A stretch of 64,000 nucleotides of DNA from Shigella phage ESH35: the sequence record ON528745; one strand, given 5' to 3'. Shown in pieces: positions 58,340 to 64,000 of the stretch (position 1 is the first letter of the stretch; every line of letters begins with the position of its first letter). The position numbers were made by a program, and so were the translations under genes. The notes beneath the pieces were generated by a model, which worked only from the letters and a program-made list of their open reading frames with translations, was not told where the DNA came from and did not search any database.

Positions 58340-61300
58340 TTATTCAACCCATTCAAATTTAACAGTTTTATTCACTGGGTCAGGAATAATGCGAACATTA
58401 CCAATTCGTAAGAAATCACGAATAGTAAGATTCCCCATTATAGCATTATCAGATGGTAAAGCACCAATATCAGATGGCTGAGGAGGGTTACCTCCATCAA
58501 ATACCTGAACAAAACTTGACCAAGAGTTTTTGGTTTTCTGCCATGTACGTGTCCAGCGAGTGGTACGCGCTTCTGGTGTCGTTGGATAAGTAATCCAATC
58601 TTGGTAAAGCGAATCAAGTGTGTTACCAAACTGAGTCAGTGTACCAGGAGATTTAACTTCTTCGCCACGTTCTAAATATGGAAGACCAGTCACTTCATTA
58701 GTTTTTTCAACCATTTTAAAATAACCCGGGAACTGGTTATAAGTGGCTGAATCATTAATATCGATTGACCAGAATCCTACAGTATCAGATGTTGGAGCAC
58801 GGGTATATAAATCAGAGGTTTTAGTACCCTGAGAACGAATTCTCGAGTTAACAGTCAAACCACCTGAATTTATAGTAGCACCTTTGGCAATGATTAAGCT
58901 TTCACCAATCGTTACTTGGCCAGATGCATTATTAATAGCTAATGGGCGTAATCCATTAAATCCACCAGTCTGATCACCCGATGCAGTAAGCATAAAATTC
59001 GTTACTGATCCATCATTGCGAACAATAAAACCGTAATTTCCGTTAATAGCACGGAAAGCATTTGCGCTTCGAGAAATAATTTCACCAGTTGCAGTGACTG
59101 AATTACCAAATGTTGCTACGCCATTTGCATTCAATGTTCCTGAAGCATTAACATTTATCGGTGTTACTGTACCGTTGATATTAAATGTTATATTTCCGGC
59201 TTTATTGCGCTGAGAATAAAAATGACTAGATGTTTCATCACTAACTTCAAATACGGTAGAACGTGTTGTATCTAATTCCCCACTAAATTGATTTCCCCAC
59301 ACTCTAACCGTCATCGTTTGGGCTGGGTTTGTTCCAGTTTGAGGTCCTTTCTCAAAAATCAATCGAGTTGCTGTTCCAGTATTAGAAATAGTTAATGTAC
59401 TATTTGCTGAAACTGATCCACCGAACGTAGCAGTACTAGATGATACAAGAGGGGCACTCAGATTCGTTTGTTGAGTTAAGGTTAGTGAACCATTAACCGT
59501 CTGCGCAATATCCCTACGAATGAACTGAGATGAATCTAGACCATCCAATAAATTACTATCTGCAGCTTTTGCTTTTAATGGCAAATAATTTGCTAATACA
59601 CGGTTTAATTCGTATGGTGATACTGCATAGCTATTTTTCTCGTATAGCTCTAAGTCCTGAGTAGAACCGGCTGTATCATTACCAACGAATGTAATTGAAC
59701 CAGATGAAGTTTTAACAAAGCCTCTTACTAGGGTAGTAGCTGCCCAAGTAGGTTCACTCTGCACAATCCATTTTAAATTTTTTGGAGATACAGCAGTATT
59801 TGCCGATGTTCCAGCAACAGTTTCGGTTTGTGTTGCAACTTTAATAACACCTTCTTGTTCTTCAGTAGATTTAGTACCTAAAAGCTTTTTAGGAGTTATT
59901 AAAACATTATCTAATTTTCCAGCAGCAGCTTCAACTTGTGTAGCCACACGAAGTGTACCACGTTGTGTCTCATTTGCTTCAAGAATATTAAGGGTATAAT
60001 GGTCCCAGAGAGTTCCTGATTCAACTAATCCAGATAGAGCAACAACAGAAGTACGATCAGTACTATTAAATCTAGTTTTAATTTTTAATGGTGTAGAGAT
60101 ACGAGTATCGTCGACGCCTGCGTCGAATTCAACTTGTGTAGCAATTTCAGCTATACCACTTAAACTTTCAGTTGCTCTACGGTCATTTAAAGTTTTAGGA
60201 GTGACTGCACGAGTATAATCAGTTCCTGTATTAACTTCACTTTGCGTAGCAATTTCAATTAATCCAATTCTTCCATCAGTTGATGTCTTTTTGTGTAACG
60301 TTTCTGGCGTTACAACAGCATTTGCCCATCCTTCTTGACTTTGACCAGCAATTACTTCACTTTCAACTGCTAAAATTACTGCACCCTGTTGAGTAGGCGT
60401 AGCTTTATACTGGTCCAAAGCTTTTGGCGAAACAACTAAATTATTAGTGTTTTTATTATAAACATTCGTACCATTTAATTCACGGCTAGAAGCTGGAGTA
60501 GCACCTGCAGTAGATACAAAAGTTACAATACCAGATAATGACTCAGAACCCTGGCGGGCTTGAAGCTTTTTAGGAGTGATGATTGTAGTATCATCGGTTC
60601 CTGCATTAGTTTCTTGCTGCGTAGCAATTTCAGCAACACCTCTGCGAGTTTCAGTAGCTGTTCTTTCATTCAGCTTTTTAGGAGTGATGATAAGGTCATC
60701 TGCAAAAGAGAATGTGGTATCCTGATTTACTTGCGCAGTTGTTGCTATTCTTGCGATACCTCTACGAGTTTCTGTAGCAGTACGGTTAGCTAATGTTTCT
60801 GGAGTAATTGCTAATTCTTTTTGTGGAGAATTTTCTAAATCGGCATTAGCTTGAGCTTGTGTAGCTAAAGCAATTACGCCTAATCTTGCTCTAGTAGAAT
60901 CATTCAAAGAGTCTACTCTTTCTACGGTTGGAACGTTTTGTTGTACAACCCAGTATTTTCCGTCAGAATCTTCTATATAAGCAAGTTGTAAAACTGGAAC
61001 ATAATTAGTTTCACCGTTAAAAACTAATTCTTGAACAGTCACCCATTCAGCTTCAGGTGGATACTCTGAACGTTTTGGGAATTGCAGCAATTGAACTGAA
61101 GAAGCAATTTTATCTTCACCGGCAGCTTTGATTTTAACTGTTTGTCCTTTTCTCATGTAATTCATGGAAATTTTAACAGTATCACCAACAGAAATATTAG
61201 TTGGAAGCTGAAGCTCAATTGTTTGAGTTGTTCCATTATTCGCACCAAATACCATAACTTCTTCATTTGGACGAATGTTTGAATTAGTTGTTATGATACG

Positions 61301-62209
61301 TAAACGTGCTTTACTGTCCCCGTCAAATAATCTCCATAATTTCTCATTATCGTCATACATCAAGAAACCGTCAATAGATGTACGGCCTTCAATAGAATGA
61401 GTTCCAACTTCTTGTACTGAAGTGGTTTCATCATATGTTGTAACAATTGTATGATAAAGCGGATTTAGTTTATCTAAATCAACGAAATTAATAATATCGC
61501 CATGATTAGCAAATCTTGGAAGTTTAACATTAATTGGTGCAGCAGAAGTAAATCTACGTACGATAAAATCATTAGATTGCGCCTGATAGAGACTTGCTGG
61601 TGTTACAACGACAGCTTCTCTACTATAATCGGCAACATACATTTGCCACAGACGATTACTAAAAATTAAAACTATCTGCGATTTTGGATGAGTCATTAGT
61701 ACTGAACGTACTTGTTGACCTCTGAAGTTTACAATACTTTGCACTGGAGCTACAATTAAAACTTGGTTAACTCCAGGTTTTCCTCCAATATCTTGGAGAA
61801 CGATAGTATCACCATCAATTGGAGAAGATGGCAAAGTAAATGTAATGTCATTACCCGCTGCGGTGTTAACCGAAATAGCTTCACCAGATTTTAATTGATA
61901 TGAACCAGATGAAACCGTAATCCAGTTAGCATCGGTACGTAATGCTCTCCAGCGTCCGCTATTAAAAGCTCCTGCCGGTTTTGGAATATCATTTATAGCA
62001 GCCCAAAAGCTGTTATCATAAATGATTACAAAATCTTTTAAATATCCACGAGTTGGATCGTATTGTTGAACTGTGTTTTCTTGAATTAAGTAATCAACGT
62101 TAACACCGTCAGTTCCTACGGCACGATCAGCTAAAGCTACGTTGATTATTTTATCACCACCTGCGTCCAGACCGTCTTCTGCTCTGAACTTTCTTTTAAT
62201 CTCGGCCAT
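58340..62209 (-). CDS. 34: long tail fibre proximal subunit
   Basis: 1289 aa as in T4; internal repeat motifs. Confidence 0.93.
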   Translation of the reverse strand: MAEIKRKFRAEDGLDAGGDKIINVALADRAVGTDGVNVDYLIQENTVQQYDPTRGYLKDFVIIYDNSFWAAINDIPKPAGAFNSGRWRALRTDANWITVSSGSYQLKSGEAISVNTAAGNDITFTLPSSPIDGDTIVLQDIGGKPGVNQVLIVAPVQSIVNFRGQQVRSVLMTHPKSQIVLIFSNRLWQMYVADYSREAVVVTPASLYQAQSNDFIVRRFTSAAPINVKLPRFANHGDIINFVDLDKLNPLYHTIVTTYDETTSVQEVGTHSIEGRTSIDGFLMYDDNEKLWRLFDGDSKARLRIITTNSNIRPNEEVMVFGANNGTTQTIELQLPTNISVGDTVKISMNYMRKGQTVKIKAAGEDKIASSVQLLQFPKRSEYPPEAEWVTVQELVFNGETNYVPVLQLAYIEDSDGKYWVVQQNVPTVERVDSLNDSTRARLGVIALATQAQANADLENSPQKELAITPETLANRTATETRRGIARIATTAQVNQDTTFSFADDLIITPKKLNERTATETRRGVAEIATQQETNAGTDDTTIITPKKLQARQGSESLSGIVTFVSTAGATPASSRELNGTNVYNKNTNNLVVSPKALDQYKATPTQQGAVILAVESEVIAGQSQEGWANAVVTPETLHKKTSTDGRIGLIEIATQSEVNTGTDYTRAVTPKTLNDRRATESLSGIAEIATQVEFDAGVDDTRISTPLKIKTRFNSTDRTSVVALSGLVESGTLWDHYTLNILEANETQRGTLRVATQVEAAAGKLDNVLITPKKLLGTKSTEEQEGVIKVATQTETVAGTSANTAVSPKNLKWIVQSEPTWAATTLVRGFVKTSSGSITFVGNDTAGSTQDLELYEKNSYAVSPYELNRVLANYLPLKAKAADSNLLDGLDSSQFIRRDIAQTVNGSLTLTQQTNLSAPLVSSSTATFGGSVSANSTLTISNTGTATRLIFEKGPQTGTNPAQTMTVRVWGNQFSGELDTTRSTVFEVSDETSSHFYSQRNKAGNITFNINGTVTPINVNASGTLNANGVATFGNSVTATGEIISRSANAFRAINGNYGFIVRNDGSVTNFMLTASGDQTGGFNGLRPLAINNASGQVTIGESLIIAKGATINSGGLTVNSRIRSQGTKTSDLYTRAPTSDTVGFWSIDINDSATYNQFPGYFKMVEKTNEVTGLPYLERGEEVKSPGTLTQFGNTLDSLYQDWITYPTTPEARTTRWTRTWQKTKNSWSSFVQVFDGGNPPQPSDIGALPSDNAIMGNLTIRDFLRIGNVRIIPDPVNKTVKFEWVE

Positions 62210-62253
62210 TCTCCCGGGCTCCTATTGTGTTTTCAATAATAAGTATTTATACT

Positions 62254-62261
62254 TGTTTACT
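62254..62261 (-). promoter_or_regulatory. late promoter TATAAATA for gene 34
   Basis: exact TATAAATA on - strand about 45 nt upstream; AGGAG SD. Confidence 0.6.
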
Positions 62262-62313
62262 TTAAGATTTGGATGGTATATAATAGAAATCTCACTAATT
62301 GAACGAGGTTCAT

Positions 62314-63231
62314 ATGGATTTAGAAATGATGCTGGATGAAGATTACAAAGAAGGAATCTGCTTAATTGACTTTAGTCAAATTGCGCTTTCAACTGCTTTG
62401 GTAAACTTCCCAGATAAAGAAAAAATTAATTTATCAATGGTTCGTCATTTGATATTGAACTCAATTAAGTTTAATGTCAAAAAAGCAAAAACGCTCGGAT
62501 ACACTAAAATTGTACTGTGTATTGATAACGCGAAATCTGGATATTGGCGTCGTGATTTCGCGTATTATTACAAGAAAAACCGTGGAAAAGCACGAGAAGA
62601 ATCTACTTGGGACTGGGAAGGTTATTTTGAATCCAGTCATAAAGTTATAGATGAATTAAAAGCTTATATGCCATACATCGTTATGGATATTGATAAGTAT
62701 GAAGCAGATGACCATATTGCTGTTCTTGTTAAAAAGTTCTCTTTAGAAGGACACAAGATTTTAATCATTTCATCGGATGGTGACTTTACTCAACTTCACA
62801 AATATCCAAATGTTAAGCAATGGTCACCGATGCATAAGAAATGGGTTAAAATTAAAAGCGGTTCTGCTGAAATTGACTGTATGACTAAAATCCTTAAAGG
62901 CGACAAAAAGGATAACGTTGCTTCAGTTAAAGTACGATCTGACTTTTGGTTTACCAGAGTTGAAGGTGAACGAACTCCTTCAATGAAAACTTCAATCGTT
63001 GAAGCTATTGCTAATGACCGTGAGCAAGCTAAGGTGCTTCTCACAGAATCTGAATATAATCGTTATAAAGAAAATTTAGTTCTAATTGATTTTGATTATA
63101 TTCCTGATAATATTGCTTCAAACATTGTGAATTACTATAATTCATATAAATTACCACCGCGTGGCAAAATTTATTCATATTTTGTAAAAGCGGGTCTTTC
63201 TAAATTAACTAATAGCATTAATGAATTTTGA
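62314..63231 (+). CDS. rnh: RNase H (5-prime to 3-prime exonuclease, FEN family)
   Basis: 305 aa from internal ATG; matches recalled T4 RNase H N-terminus MDLEMMLDEDYKEG. Confidence 0.9.
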   Translation: MDLEMMLDEDYKEGICLIDFSQIALSTALVNFPDKEKINLSMVRHLILNSIKFNVKKAKTLGYTKIVLCIDNAKSGYWRRDFAYYYKKNRGKAREESTWDWEGYFESSHKVIDELKAYMPYIVMDIDKYEADDHIAVLVKKFSLEGHKILIISSDGDFTQLHKYPNVKQWSPMHKKWVKIKSGSAEIDCMTKILKGDKKDNVASVKVRSDFWFTRVEGERTPSMKTSIVEAIANDREQAKVLLTESEYNRYKENLVLIDFDYIPDNIASNIVNYYNSYKLPPRGKIYSYFVKAGLSKLTNSINEF

Positions 63232-63239
63232 GGTGAATA

Positions 63240-63509
63240 ATGGCTAAAAAAGAAATGGTTGAATTTGATGAAGCTATCCATGGCGAAGACTTGGCTAAAT
63301 TTATTAAAGAAGCATCTGATCATAAACTGAAAATTTCCGGTTATAATGAACTGATTAAAGATATTCGAATTCGTGCTAAAGATGAACTTGGCGTTGATGG
63401 TAAGATGTTTAATCGTCTATTAGCTTTGTATCATAAAGATAACCGTGATGTGTTTGAAGCTGAAACTGAAGAGGTAGTTGAACTTTATGACACAGTTTTC
63501 TCTAAATGA
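63240..63509 (+). CDS. dsbA: dsDNA-binding protein DsbA (late transcription enhancer)
   Basis: 89 aa, between rnh and 33. Confidence 0.75.
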   Translation: MAKKEMVEFDEAIHGEDLAKFIKEASDHKLKISGYNELIKDIRIRAKDELGVDGKMFNRLLALYHKDNRDVFEAETEEVVELYDTVFSK

Positions 63510-63825
63510 TATTCGTCCGGTCGATGAGACCGGTCTTTCAGAAAAAGAACTTTCAATTAAGAAAGAAAAGGATGAAATAGCAAAGCTTCTTGATCGTCAA
63601 GAAAATGGATTTATTATTGAAAAAATGGTAGAAGAGTTTGGAATGAGTTATCTTGAAGCTACAACAGCATTCTTAGAAGAAAATTCTATTCCTGAAACTC
63701 AATTTGCTAAATTTATTCCTTCGGGTATAATTGAAAAAATTCAGTCAGAAGCTATTGACGAAAATCTTTTACGTCCTTCTGTTGTTCGTTGTGAAAAAAC
63801 TAATACATTAGATTTTCTACTATGA
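63487..63825 (+). CDS. 33: late transcription co-activator gp33
   Basis: 112 aa from internal ATG. Confidence 0.8.
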   Translation: MTQFSLNDIRPVDETGLSEKELSIKKEKDEIAKLLDRQENGFIIEKMVEEFGMSYLEATTAFLEENSIPETQFAKFIPSGIIEKIQSEAIDENLLRPSVVRCEKTNTLDFLL

Positions 63826-64000
63826 TTAAACTCCGCATGCCTGCTGGTGGTGAAAGATATATTGATGGTAAATCAGTTTATAAATTATACTTAATGATAA
63901 AACAACATATGAATGGAAAGTATGATGTAATTAAGTATAATTGGTGCATGCGGGTGTCTGATGCCGCTTATCAAAAGCGAAGGGATAAGTATTTTTTCCA
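63822..64000 (+). CDS. 59: helicase loader gp59, 5-prime part (runs off window)
   Basis: ATGA overlap with gene 33; N-terminus MIKLRMPAGGERYIDG matches recalled T4 gp59. Confidence 0.8.
   Translation, partial: MIKLRMPAGGERYIDGKSVYKLYLMIKQHMNGKYDVIKYNWCMRVSDAAYQKRRDKYFF

Noticed and set aside
1-64000. tRNA genes, CRISPR arrays, integrase or transposase
   Set aside because: No cloverleaf-like conserved segments, no regularly spaced direct repeats and no integrase or transposase motifs seen by eye; a tRNA scan was not possible without tools.

Overview
This 64 kb window is a contiguous segment of a T-even (T4-like, Tevenvirinae) phage genome. It is gene-dense, with early and middle genes on the + strand and a late tail-fibre/holin block on the - strand. 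Reading left to right: small accessory ORFs, gene 49 (endonuclease VII), nrdD/nrdG/nrdH, sigma factor gp55, alpha-glucosyltransferase, recombination nuclease 47/46, an antisense HNH homing endonuclease, the replication cluster 45-44-62-regA-43, imm, gene 42, a GT-A glycosyltransferase, uvsX, 40, helicase 41, a dmd/spackle accessory island, primase 61, dCTPase 56, soc, an accessory block, modB/modA, dda, dexA, topoisomerase 39, rIIA/rIIB, denB, topoisomerase 52, motA, asiA, then (- strand) holin t and tail-fibre genes 38-37-36-35-34, then rnh, dsbA, 33 and the start of 59. Product calls rest on ORF length, gene order, recognisable motifs and recalled T4 protein sequences; no database search was run. 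The phage is not T4 itself: nrdD is uninterrupted, gene 39 is a single 605-aa ORF, there is no room for dam between 61 and 56, ndd is not found next to denB, and the adhesin/glycosyltransferase are T2/T6-type. I found no CRISPR array, tRNA or wholly foreign multi-gene system. The most unusual items are the late-promoter-driven antisense HNH endonuclease, the dam-less 61-56 junction with an antisense membrane ORF, mosaic early-promoter cassettes, tandem paralogue pairs and several small membrane/secreted ORF clusters.
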